The position numbers and the translations under genes were made by a program. A DNA stretch of 64,000 nt from an uncultured Chloroflexia bacterium (lineage in GTDB: Bacteria > Chloroflexota > Limnocylindria > Limnocylindrales > CSP1-4), in contig CAVPPQ010000008.1 of NCBI GenBank assembly GCA_963707395.1, forward strand, positions 2,747 to 66,746, in the 5' to 3' direction. The notes under the pieces are model-generated. The model saw only the letters and a program-made list of their open reading frames with translations. It was not told where the DNA came from and made no database searches. Below, in pieces: positions 36,244 through 44,411 of the stretch (position 1 is the first letter of the stretch; the number at the start of each line of letters is the position of its first letter).

Positions 36244-38895
36244 CTATCCGGCGGTATCGGCCCCCGCCAGGGCGGGTGCCACACGCCTGCGGTGCGATGG
36301 CCACCAGGCGCGCTCGCCGATGAGCGCGGTGAGGGCTGGGATGAGCAGGCTGCGCACGATGAGCGTATCGATGAGCACGCCGATGGCGACCGTCAGGCCG
36401 ACCTGCTGGAGGACCTGCAGTGGAGCCACCGTCATGGCCGCGAACGTGCCGGCCAGGATGATGCCGGCCGAGGTGATGACGGTGCCCGTACGGGCCGACG
36501 CGATGGTGATGCCCGCGCGCAGGTCCCGTGTCGCACTCTCCTCGCGCACACGGCTCATGAGGAAGATGTTGTAGTCGGATCCCAGCGCTACGAGCAGCAC
36601 GAAGACGATGAGCGGCACGAGGTAGTTGAGGCCGTCCTGGCCCAGCACGCCCTGGAAGATCAGGGTGGCCACGCCCATCGTGGTCCCGAAGCTGAGCAGG
36701 ACGCTGCCGACCAGGTAGAGCGGCGCGACCAGGCTGCGCAGCAGCAGCACCAGCACGACGAAGACGCCCAGGACGGTGATGAGCCCGACGAGCTTGAAGT
36801 CTTCCGTCGTCGCGGCCTGGACGTCGGCGGACGACGCGGTCGGGCCACCCACGTGGGCGGTGGTGACGATGCCCGGACGTGACCCGGTCGCCCCACTCGT
36901 CGTACCAGCCGTCCACTCGGCCAGCAGGGCCCGCACCCTGCCCACGGTCGCGAAGGCTGCCGGGCTGTACGGCTCGTCGGCAGTCACGAGGCTCAGCTGG
37001 CTGGCGCGGCCGTCGGCCGCCAGGTAGGTTTCCAGGAGGAGCCCCATCGACGGGTCGCTGCCAGCCGTGGGCGGGATGAAGAGGTCGTCCGGCCGAGCCC
37101 GGAACGTGGCGGCCAGGCTGCCCAGCTCGGCGGGCAGGCGGGCTGCCACCTCGACGGCACCGCTCAGGGCAGCAGCGCGCTCGGGGGTCCCGTCGGGCGC
37201 CGCCTGATACGTGGCCACGCCCTCTCGCAACAAGGCCGCGTCGTCGCGGGAACCGGGCAGCCCCTGGTCGGCCATGTCCGGATAGGCCGTGACGAGCGCG
37301 TCGAGGTAGGCGATGGCGCTGTCCAGGCCATCGATCGTGGCGGGGTCGGCGAGGGCGGCGAGTGCCCCCAGCACGTCACTGCCCGAACTCAAGCCTTCGA
37401 CCATGGCCTGCAGCTGGTTGGATGGTCGGAGGGCTGCCGGGACGTTGCCGTCGCCGGCCGGAGTGGCCAGTGAGCGCACCGTCTGGATGCCCTCCACCTC
37501 GCCCAGCGCCCGGCTGACCTGTGCCAGCTCCGCCAAGCCGGCCGGTGAGCCGAGGTCCACCCCGTCCGGCGCCTCCACGAGCACGCTGATGGGTAGCAGC
37601 TGGCCCCGGTCGAAGTGGCCCGCCACCGCGTCGAAGCCGCGGCGCGCCTCCGTCGTGGCGGGCAGCTCCTTGAGCGTGTCGAACTCGACCTCCATGCTGG
37701 GCAGGGCCAGCAGCGGCAGGGCCAGCAGGCCGATGACGGCGACCGAGACGCGGCCCGGCCGGCACGTGATGAAGGCTGCAAGGCGGTCCCAGGCTCCCGG
37801 TGTGTGCGCCTCACCCTCCACGACCGCGTCATGCCGCGGCCAGTAGAGCCAGCGTCCGGCCAGGAGTGCCAGAGCCGGCGTCAGCGTCAGCCCGGCTGCC
37901 AGCGTGATGGCGACCGTGATGGCCAGCGCGGGCCCGATGGTCTGGATCATGCCGAAGCTGGCGGCAGCCATGGCCGAGAGGCCCACCATGACGGTGGCGG
38001 CGCTCGCCGTGATGACGGCGCCGATGCGACCGACGGTCACCATGGCAGCCTTGTCGCGTGCCCCGCGGCCCAGCTCCTCCCGGTACCTCGAGAGGAGGAA
38101 GATGGCGTAGTCGGTGCCGATGCCGAAGACGAGCACGACGATGAACGAGTCCAGCAGCGAGGGGATCTGCCAGCCGGACATGGCCAGCAGGGCGAGCGCC
38201 GCGCGGGCCACCACGAAGGCCGCGCCGATGGTCAGCAGGGGCACGGTGGCAGCCACGGGCGCCCGGTAGATGAGCAGCAGGATGACGACCACCAGCACGA
38301 CCGTGACCAGCGTGGTGCGGTCCGTGCCCGCGATGACCGCCTCCAGGTAGTCGGCCGTGATGGCCACCGTCCCGGTCACCTCGGCCTCCAGGCCGTCCGA
38401 CCCGAGGCTGGCGAGGTGCTCGCGCAGCGCAGCCACCGCATCGCGGGCGGGCTGACCCATGGGGTCGGCCGAGAGCCGCACCGAAAGCATCTCCACGGCT
38501 TCGTCAGCGCTGCGGTACATGGCCTCGTAGCCGGGCACGTCGGCGGTGCCTTCCACGGAGACGAGGACGTCGGCCAGCACCGGGGGCACGTCCGGGCCAC
38601 GCAGCCAGGTCGCGACGGCGCCGATGGCCCGGTGGTCGGCGTCGGTCAGCGCCGTCCCGTCGCGCGAGAAGACGACGGTCGCGGTGGCGGCCGCCTGTCG
38701 CTCCGGGAAGGCGGCTTCGAGCCGCTCGGCGGCCAGTCGTGCCGGGCTGTCCTCCGGCAGGAAGCCGGCCTCCTCCGAGGCGGTCAGCGAGGCCAGCGAG
38801 GGCACGAAGGCGAGGGCCCCGATCACCAGCACCAGCCAGCCCACGATGATGGCGATCCGTGCCCGTAGCACGAGATGTCCGAGACGACCGAACAT
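36244..38895 (-). CDS. MMPL-family (RND superfamily) membrane transporter
   Basis: ORF 36244..39243 trimmed to ATG 38895 (MFGRLGHLVLRARIAIIVGWLVLVIGALAF). It has two 6-TM bundles, each with a GTDY/GSDYNIFL motif, separated by large extracytoplasmic domains. Confidence 0.85.
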   Translation of the reverse strand: MFGRLGHLVLRARIAIIVGWLVLVIGALAFVPSLASLTASEEAGFLPEDSPARLAAERLEAAFPERQAAATATVVFSRDGTALTDADHRAIGAVATWLRGPDVPPVLADVLVSVEGTADVPGYEAMYRSADEAVEMLSVRLSADPMGQPARDAVAALREHLASLGSDGLEAEVTGTVAITADYLEAVIAGTDRTTLVTVVLVVVILLLIYRAPVAATVPLLTIGAAFVVARAALALLAMSGWQIPSLLDSFIVVLVFGIGTDYAIFLLSRYREELGRGARDKAAMVTVGRIGAVITASAATVMVGLSAMAAASFGMIQTIGPALAITVAITLAAGLTLTPALALLAGRWLYWPRHDAVVEGEAHTPGAWDRLAAFITCRPGRVSVAVIGLLALPLLALPSMEVEFDTLKELPATTEARRGFDAVAGHFDRGQLLPISVLVEAPDGVDLGSPAGLAELAQVSRALGEVEGIQTVRSLATPAGDGNVPAALRPSNQLQAMVEGLSSGSDVLGALAALADPATIDGLDSAIAYLDALVTAYPDMADQGLPGSRDDAALLREGVATYQAAPDGTPERAAALSGAVEVAARLPAELGSLAATFRARPDDLFIPPTAGSDPSMGLLLETYLAADGRASQLSLVTADEPYSPAAFATVGRVRALLAEWTAGTTSGATGSRPGIVTTAHVGGPTASSADVQAATTEDFKLVGLITVLGVFVVLVLLLRSLVAPLYLVGSVLLSFGTTMGVATLIFQGVLGQDGLNYLVPLIVFVLLVALGSDYNIFLMSRVREESATRDLRAGITIASARTGTVITSAGIILAGTFAAMTVAPLQVLQQVGLTVAIGVLIDTLIVRSLLIPALTALIGERAWWPSHRRRVAPALAGADTAG

Positions 38896-38951
38896 GCGAG
38901 CCCCATGCAAGCGCTTCGGAGCCATCCCGGCCAGAGCCGAACGGACGCCTG

Positions 38952-38973
38952 CAGGGGGCGCAGGCTCCCCCTG
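38952..38973. terminator. Hairpin downstream of the kinase gene
   Basis: caggggg-cgcaggct-ccccctg (7-bp stem). There is no U-tract. Confidence 0.35.
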
Positions 38974-39002
38974 TCGCGGCTCAGGGCCCCTGCGCCAGGG
39001 TG

Positions 39003-39042
39003 CTACAGGAGCGCGAGCGCCTCTACAGGAGCGCGAGCGCCT
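39003..39042. repeat. Perfect 20-bp tandem duplication spanning the stop codon of the PfkB kinase gene
   Basis: ctacaggagcgcgagcgcct occurs twice, at 39003..39022 and 39023..39042. Confidence 0.9.
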
Positions 39043-40033
39043 CCTCGAGGGTCGCCTGGCCGTCCACGCCGCCCACCGCCCGGGTCGAGAGAGTGCCGCA
39101 GGCGACGGCCAGGGCCAGCATCTCTCCCAGCGGCCGTCCGTCCAGGAAGGCGCGGATGAAGCCGGCGTCGAAGGCATCGCCGGCACCGGTCGAATCGATG
39201 ACCTGCACGCGGTTGGCCGGCAGTCGGAGGGCCTCCTCGCCACGCACGGCCAGCGCGCCCTCAGCGCCCAGCTTGACGGCCACGATGAGCGGGCCTGCCG
39301 CTGCGTCGCGCCCCTCCGACTCTGCCATGGCCACCAGCGCGTGCGCCGCCCCGAGTGGGTCCTCGACGCCCGTGATGAGGGCCGCCTCTCGCTCGTTGGG
39401 GAAGAAGATGTCCGCCGCGGCCAGCATGGGGGCGATGCCCTCCCAGCGCCGATCCGGGTCCCAGTTCGTATCGAAGGAGCTCGTCACGCCCGCCGCCCGC
39501 GCCTCGCGGAACAGTCGCGGGAGCCCCGGACGCAGCCGTGGCTGGATGGCCGTGGAGCCGGCGTGGAGGTGCCGGATGAAGGGCAGGATCTCGCGCGGGA
39601 CGTCCTCCGATCGCAGTCGGTCGATGGTCCCGGTGGCCGTCAGGAGGGCCCGGTCGTCACCCCGGCAGAGGTGCACGGTGGCACCCGTGGGGATGGCCGG
39701 GTCAACGCTCACGGTCGAGGTGTCCACGCCGTGGTCCCGCATGGCCTCCAGCACCACGTGGCCGAGGAGGTCGTCGCCGACGATGCCGCCGTGCGCCACG
39801 CGCAGTCCGAGCCGCGCCAGGCCGCAGGCCGCGATGGCCGATGAGCCACCCACCGTCAGGCGGATCGTGCCCACCAGCTTCTCGACCTGTCCGAACTCCG
39901 GTGTCGGGTCGCCGTCGATGACGAGGATGTCCGGGTTGACGTCGCCGATGACGTAGACGTCCGTCTCGCGAGGCTCCGTGCCTGACTCGCGGCTCTCGAC
40001 GCGCGACCCAGGCGCCGGGTCCGGCTCGGTCAC
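39023..40033 (-). CDS. PfkB-family sugar(-phosphate) kinase
   Basis: ORF trimmed to GTG 40033, which overlaps the aldolase stop (GTGA). Contains VIGDVNPD, TVGGSSA and the C-terminal DSTGAGDAF anion-hole motif. Confidence 0.85.
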   Translation of the reverse strand: MTEPDPAPGSRVESRESGTEPRETDVYVIGDVNPDILVIDGDPTPEFGQVEKLVGTIRLTVGGSSAIAACGLARLGLRVAHGGIVGDDLLGHVVLEAMRDHGVDTSTVSVDPAIPTGATVHLCRGDDRALLTATGTIDRLRSEDVPREILPFIRHLHAGSTAIQPRLRPGLPRLFREARAAGVTSSFDTNWDPDRRWEGIAPMLAAADIFFPNEREAALITGVEDPLGAAHALVAMAESEGRDAAAGPLIVAVKLGAEGALAVRGEEALRLPANRVQVIDSTGAGDAFDAGFIRAFLDGRPLGEMLALAVACGTLSTRAVGGVDGQATLEEALALL

Positions 40034-41007
40034 CCCGGGTAGTCCCGGTACCAGCCCTCGGGCAGCTCCGGCTGCCGGCCCAACGGCGAGCGCTCGCGCC
40101 AGGGCCGCCCCTCGCGCTCGACGATCTCCACGAGCCGATCCATGCGCGCGACGCCCTCCGACGCCAGCCAGGCCGCCCGCTCGGCTGGCGGCAGCACCAC
40201 GCCTGGGCCCCACACGGAACGACCCACCAGCACGCCCGACGCACCGGCCTGGCAGGCCACCTGCGTCTGTGCCTCGAAGGTGGCGTCGTCGACACCCGCC
40301 GAGAGGATGACCCAGGGCACGGCCGACGCCTCGTCGAGCTCCTGGCAGGCCTCCAGCCAGCGATCGCGATCGGTCACCGCGGGGTCGTACGGGAACTCGC
40401 ACTTGAGGATGTCACCACCCAGCGCCGTGAGGCGCCGCGCCGTCCGCACGACCACGTCCCGTCGCTCCTCGCCGGTCAGCTTGGCGACGGTCTCGTCGAT
40501 GGAGAACCCCAGCGTCTCGAGGAAGAGCGGCAGGTCCGCGTCAGCGCAGGCCTCCGCGACCTCGATGAGCAGGTCCTCCTGCTGCGATGCGTTCTGCGCG
40601 TCAGGGTGGTAGTAGAGCAGCAGCTTCACGGCGTCGGCGCCCATGCGCTTGGCCTGGGCCACGCCCCAGTCCGGCAGCAGGCGGCTGACCCGGGCCGTCG
40701 CGGGCCCCGTGTAGCCGCTGGCCTCGATGGCCACGATGAGCCCGGCCGCGCTCGGCAGCGACCCGTCGCTGATGGCCTGCGCGGCGCCCAGCTCCGGGTC
40801 CAGCAGGATGCCGCTGGCCGTGGTCATGATGGCCCGGACCACGGCCCGCTTGGCCTCGACCATCTGCTCGTAGGTCACGGCGCTGGCGTCGTCCGGTCCG
40901 AGCATGCGGCGCAGGTTGTTGCGATGGTCGAGCGCCAGGACGGACAGCCTGCCCGTGTCCGAGGCGCAGGCATCCAGTCCTCGCACGGTGCCGATCCTGA
41001 GCGTCAT
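40030..41007 (-). CDS. LacD-family class I aldolase (tagatose-1,6-bisphosphate aldolase-like)
   Basis: 325 aa. LSVLALDHRNNL, ILLDPELG, AVKLLLYY, PLFLETL, ILKCEFP, WVILSAGV and GVLVGRSVW are collinear with LacD motifs (ALAFDQRG, ILLDPEYG, AVKFLLYY, PFFLEVL, LKVEVP, YIYLSAGV, GVLCGRATW). I recall the LacD motifs from memory. Confidence 0.85.
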   Translation of the reverse strand: MTLRIGTVRGLDACASDTGRLSVLALDHRNNLRRMLGPDDASAVTYEQMVEAKRAVVRAIMTTASGILLDPELGAAQAISDGSLPSAAGLIVAIEASGYTGPATARVSRLLPDWGVAQAKRMGADAVKLLLYYHPDAQNASQQEDLLIEVAEACADADLPLFLETLGFSIDETVAKLTGEERRDVVVRTARRLTALGGDILKCEFPYDPAVTDRDRWLEACQELDEASAVPWVILSAGVDDATFEAQTQVACQAGASGVLVGRSVWGPGVVLPPAERAAWLASEGVARMDRLVEIVEREGRPWRERSPLGRQPELPEGWYRDYPG

Positions 41008-41080
41008 GGGTCAACTCCTCGTCGTGATGACTGTCGCGTCCGGGCCGTGGCCGTTGCCGCCGATGCTACTATCCCATGAG

Positions 41081-41096
41081 GTCCGGACGTCCGTAC
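41081..41096. promoter_or_regulatory. Candidate operator b: GTCCGGACGTCCGTAC between the divergent aldolase and GH4 genes
   Basis: It lies 8 nt downstream of a TACTAT -10-like hexamer (41067..41072) and 24 nt upstream of the GH4 ATG. Confidence 0.5.
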
Positions 41097-41120
41097 CTCA
41101 CGGTAGGCGAGGAGGGAAGC

Positions 41121-42416
41121 ATGACCCGCATCGTCCTCATCGGCGCCGGGAGCGTGGAGTTCACCCGCAACCTGCTGGGCGACTTCCTGGTCTACCCGGA
41201 GCTGCGCGACAGCACCATCGTGCTGCATGACATCGACGCCGACCGCCTGCGCACGGCGGAGCGCATGGCGGCCTGGACCGCGGCCGCGCTGGGCGCGTCC
41301 CCGACCATCGAGGGCCATCTGGATCGCCGTGCGGCGCTGGCCGACGCCGACTTCGTGGTCGACACCATCCAGGTCGGCGGGGCGCGCGCCACGCAGATCG
41401 ACTTCGACATCCCGGCCCGCTACGGCCTGCGCTACACCATCAACGACACCATCAACGTGGGTGGCGTCATGCGCGGCCTGCGCTCCATCCCGGTCGTGCT
41501 GGACATCGTGCGCGATATGGAGGAGCTCTGCCCGGACGCCTGGTTCCTCAACTACACCAACCCCATGGCCATGCTGGTCCGGGCGGTGGCCGAGCGTACG
41601 CAGATCCGAACGGCCGGCCTCTGCCACTCCGTCTTCTGGACGATCGATACGCTGTCCGGCTACCTGGGGCTCCCGCGCGCGGAGGTCGACCACGTCTCCG
41701 CCGGTGTCAACCACCTGGCCTTCCTGCTGCGCCTCGAGCACCGCGGGCGGGACCTGTACCCGGAGCTGCGCGACTTCGTGGCCGCCGGCCGGGTGCCTGA
41801 CGACGACCTCGTTCGCGCCGAGCTCTTCCGGCGCCTGGGCTACTACCCCACCGAATCGTCCGAGCATCACGCCGAGTACAACCCCTGGTTCATCCCCAAG
41901 GGCGATGCCGTGGAGCGCTATCACATCCCCATCGGCGAGTACCTCGACCGGGTCGCCCACAACCTCGACGAGTACGACGAGACGAAGCGGCGACTGGACG
42001 CCGGCGAGCCCTTCGAGATCGAGCAGAGCGGCGAGTACGCGGCGGTCATCATCCACGCGCTGCTGACCGGTGAGCCGGCGCGCATCGTGGGCAACGTCGT
42101 GAACCACGGATCGCTCATCACGAACCTGGCCGCCGACGCCTGCGTGGAAGTGCCCTGCCTGGTGGATGGCACGGGCGTCTGGCCTGTGCACGTCGGCGCG
42201 CTTCCGCCGCAGTGCGCGGCCTACATCGGCCCGGCTGTCGACACGCAGGCGCTGACCGTGCGGGCTGCCCTGCACGAGGATCGCGAGGCCATCTACCACG
42301 CCGTGATGCAGGACCCGCAGGTGCAGGTCTCGCTGGATCTCGATGCCGTCTGGCGCATGACCGACGAGCTCATCGCGGCCGAAGCGGAGTGGCTGCCCGC
42401 CTGGCTTCGAAGCTGA
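41121..42416 (+). CDS. Glycoside hydrolase family 4 (NAD+/Mn2+-dependent alpha-galactosidase/alpha-glucosidase type)
   Basis: ATG 41121 follows GGAGGGAAGC. Contains IVLIGAGSVEF (Rossmann), NYTNPMA, GLCHS and NHLAF, the GH4 motifs. Confidence 0.9.
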   Translation: MTRIVLIGAGSVEFTRNLLGDFLVYPELRDSTIVLHDIDADRLRTAERMAAWTAAALGASPTIEGHLDRRAALADADFVVDTIQVGGARATQIDFDIPARYGLRYTINDTINVGGVMRGLRSIPVVLDIVRDMEELCPDAWFLNYTNPMAMLVRAVAERTQIRTAGLCHSVFWTIDTLSGYLGLPRAEVDHVSAGVNHLAFLLRLEHRGRDLYPELRDFVAAGRVPDDDLVRAELFRRLGYYPTESSEHHAEYNPWFIPKGDAVERYHIPIGEYLDRVAHNLDEYDETKRRLDAGEPFEIEQSGEYAAVIIHALLTGEPARIVGNVVNHGSLITNLAADACVEVPCLVDGTGVWPVHVGALPPQCAAYIGPAVDTQALTVRAALHEDREAIYHAVMQDPQVQVSLDLDAVWRMTDELIAAEAEWLPAWLRS

Positions 42417-42430
42417 CAGGGTCGTCCGCC

Positions 42431-42601
42431 GAATCCCGCCAGGCGGGACATCTCGACAAGACGCAGGCTGCGAGAAGCCCGGATTCCCGGCAGGCGGGAC
42501 ATCTCGACAAGACGCAGGCTGCGAGAAGCCCGGATTCCCGCCAGGCGGGACATCTCGACAAGACGCAGGCTGCGAGAAGCCCGGATTCCCGCCAGGCGGG
42601 A
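42431..42601. repeat. 51-bp tandem repeat, 3.35 copies, non-coding
   Basis: The unit is gattcccgccaggcgggacatctcgacaagacgcaggctgcgagaagcccg. Copies start at 42431, 42482, 42533 and 42584 (partial), with 1-2 mismatches. Each copy contains the near-palindrome TCCCGCCAGGCGGGA. Confidence 0.95.
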
Positions 42602-42710
42602 GGGATCGCCACTCCCGCTCGCTCAACGAGAGGGTTCTGCACGTTGAGGCCCCCGCCGCCCGCCCGGAGGCCCCCACCGCCGCCAAGTGGGTCACGTTCT
42701 CTCGCCAGGC

Positions 42711-42890
42711 GGGAATCGACGGAGACCGACGGAGATCGACGTCGACCGACAGAGATCGACGGAGACCGACGGAGATCGACGGTGACCGACGTTGGCCGAC
42801 GGAGCTCGACGCAGCTCGACGCAGCTTGACGCAGCTTGACGCAGCTTGACGGAGGGGATCGACCGTGGTCCGTGATGGTCGACGGTGGTC
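42711..42890. repeat. Array of about 18 strictly 10-bp-phased short repeats, non-coding
   Basis: The units are gggaatcgac ggagaccgac ggagatcgac gtcgaccgac agagatcgac ggagaccgac ggagatcgac ggtgaccgac gttggccgac ggagctcgac gcagctcgac gcagcttgac x3, followed by NNNNNtggtc x3. Confidence 0.9.
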
Positions 42891-42987
42891 GTCAGGCGCC
42901 CCGCGGCCGGCTCGCATCCCCAGGGGATGCCTGGCGGCATCGCGCGGCCTGGTTCCTCGCGGAGCCTTGACAGCGGTGGCACTATCA

Positions 42988-43014
42988 GTCCGGACGTCCG
43001 GACGTCCGGATGTC
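42988..43014. promoter_or_regulatory. Candidate operator c: GTCCGGACGTCCGGACGTCCGGATGTC upstream of the second CUT1 operon
   Basis: Three head-to-tail octamers. They are preceded by TTGACAgcgGTGGCA (42967..42981) and lie about 55 nt upstream of ATG 43071. Confidence 0.5.
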
Positions 43015-43070
43015 ACCACGCGGCACGGCTCCACCCCACGAGCGGCCGCAAGCACGAGGAGGATCGGACC

Positions 43071-44372
43071 ATGGTCGGACCATCCACGTTCCGCAGTCGG
43101 ACCGGCGTCCTGGCCGGAAGCGCCGTGCTCGTGGGCGCCAGTCTCCTGGCCACCGCGGCACCGGCCATCGCCCAGGAAGGGCCCAGCGGCAAGATCACGT
43201 ACGCCATCTGGGGAGACCCTGCGGAGCTTGCCAACCAGATCGCGCTCGTGGAGGCCTTCGAGGCCGAGTTCCCCGACATCGACGTCGAGGTCACGGTGTC
43301 CGACTGGGACGCCTACTGGACCGCCTTGCAGACGAGCATCGCCGGCGGTGACGCGCCCGACGTCTTCGCCATGGACGGTCCGCTCTTCCCTGACTACCAG
43401 TCCCGCGGTGTCCTGCTCGACCTGGCCCCCTACATCGAGCGCGACGGCTTTGACCTCACCGCTCTCGCTGATGCTGGCGTGGCCCACTTCACCACCTCGG
43501 ACGGCGGGCAGTATGGCCTGCCGCGGGACCTCAACGTCACGGCGCTCTATTACAACAAGGCCATGTTCGACGCCGCCGGCCTGCCCTACCCCGACGAGAC
43601 GTGGACCTGGGACAAGCTCGTCGAGGTCGGCAAGCAGCTGACCCTCGACGCCGACGGCAACGGCCAGCCCGAGCAGTGGGGCTTCTACACCGAGACCACG
43701 GACATGGAGAACTACTGGTCCGAGCTGGTCTGGCAGAACGGCGGCGAGATCATCTCCGACGACCGCACCACGACCCTGCTGGGATCGGACGAGGCGGTCG
43801 GTGGGCTGCAGTTCCTGCAGGACCTCATCTGGACGCACAAGATCATGCCCCCGGCCGACATCGTGCTTCAGATCGGCGATGCCTTCGAGCAGGGTCTGGC
43901 GGCCATGGAGTCGAACGGCTCCTGGCTGGTACCCACGCACCTCAATGCCGGCATCGACCTGGGCATCGCGCCGCTTCCGGCCGGGTCGGCCGGCCAGGCC
44001 ACCAGCGTCAACCCGACCGGGGCCGTCGTCTCAGCCGCCTCCAAGAACCCCGAGGCGGCCTGGACCTTCGTGTCCTGGCTGGTGGGCCCCGAGGCGCAGG
44101 AGATGCTCATGCAGTCGAAGGCCGCCCTGCCGGTCGACAAGTCGGTCCTCGAGGGCAGCTACAGCTCAGCGTTCCCGGGCTCTGACGTCTTTGCCCAGGC
44201 CCTCGAGTATGCCCACCTGAAGCCCTCGTTCCGCGGCTACGAGGAGTGGACCGGGGCACTCCAGGAGGAGCTCGACACGCAGGTCTTCGACGTTCCCAAC
44301 AAGACCGCTCGCGAGGCCATCGACACGGTGCTGCCAGCCCTGGACGAGATCCTGGCCAACCAGGCGCAGTAG
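43071..44372 (+). CDS. Carbohydrate ABC transporter substrate-binding protein (SBP family 1)
   Basis: ORF trimmed to ATG 43071 after GAGGAGGA. Signal peptide MVGPSTFRSRTGVLAGSAVLVGASLLATAAPAIAQ. Confidence 0.9.
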   Translation: MVGPSTFRSRTGVLAGSAVLVGASLLATAAPAIAQEGPSGKITYAIWGDPAELANQIALVEAFEAEFPDIDVEVTVSDWDAYWTALQTSIAGGDAPDVFAMDGPLFPDYQSRGVLLDLAPYIERDGFDLTALADAGVAHFTTSDGGQYGLPRDLNVTALYYNKAMFDAAGLPYPDETWTWDKLVEVGKQLTLDADGNGQPEQWGFYTETTDMENYWSELVWQNGGEIISDDRTTTLLGSDEAVGGLQFLQDLIWTHKIMPPADIVLQIGDAFEQGLAAMESNGSWLVPTHLNAGIDLGIAPLPAGSAGQATSVNPTGAVVSAASKNPEAAWTFVSWLVGPEAQEMLMQSKAALPVDKSVLEGSYSSAFPGSDVFAQALEYAHLKPSFRGYEEWTGALQEELDTQVFDVPNKTAREAIDTVLPALDEILANQAQ

Positions 44373-44411
44373 CCGTCGCGCCACGGCGGGACCAGGAAGC
44401 CGGGAGGCATC

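Noticed and set aside
42431-42601. The 51-bp repeat array as a CRISPR array.
   Set aside because: The units are directly adjacent with no unique spacers, the period equals the unit length, and no cas genes are in the window. It is a plain tandem repeat.
42212-42829. ORF encoding a repeated peptide SRQAGHLDKTQAARSPD x3 (51 bp = 17 codons, so the repeat stays in frame).
   Set aside because: The ORF begins inside the GH4 gene in another frame and has no RBS. The rest of its translation is Arg/Pro-rich nonsense, and the opposite strand gives an equally open frame. The in-frame property is a consequence of 51 being divisible by 3.
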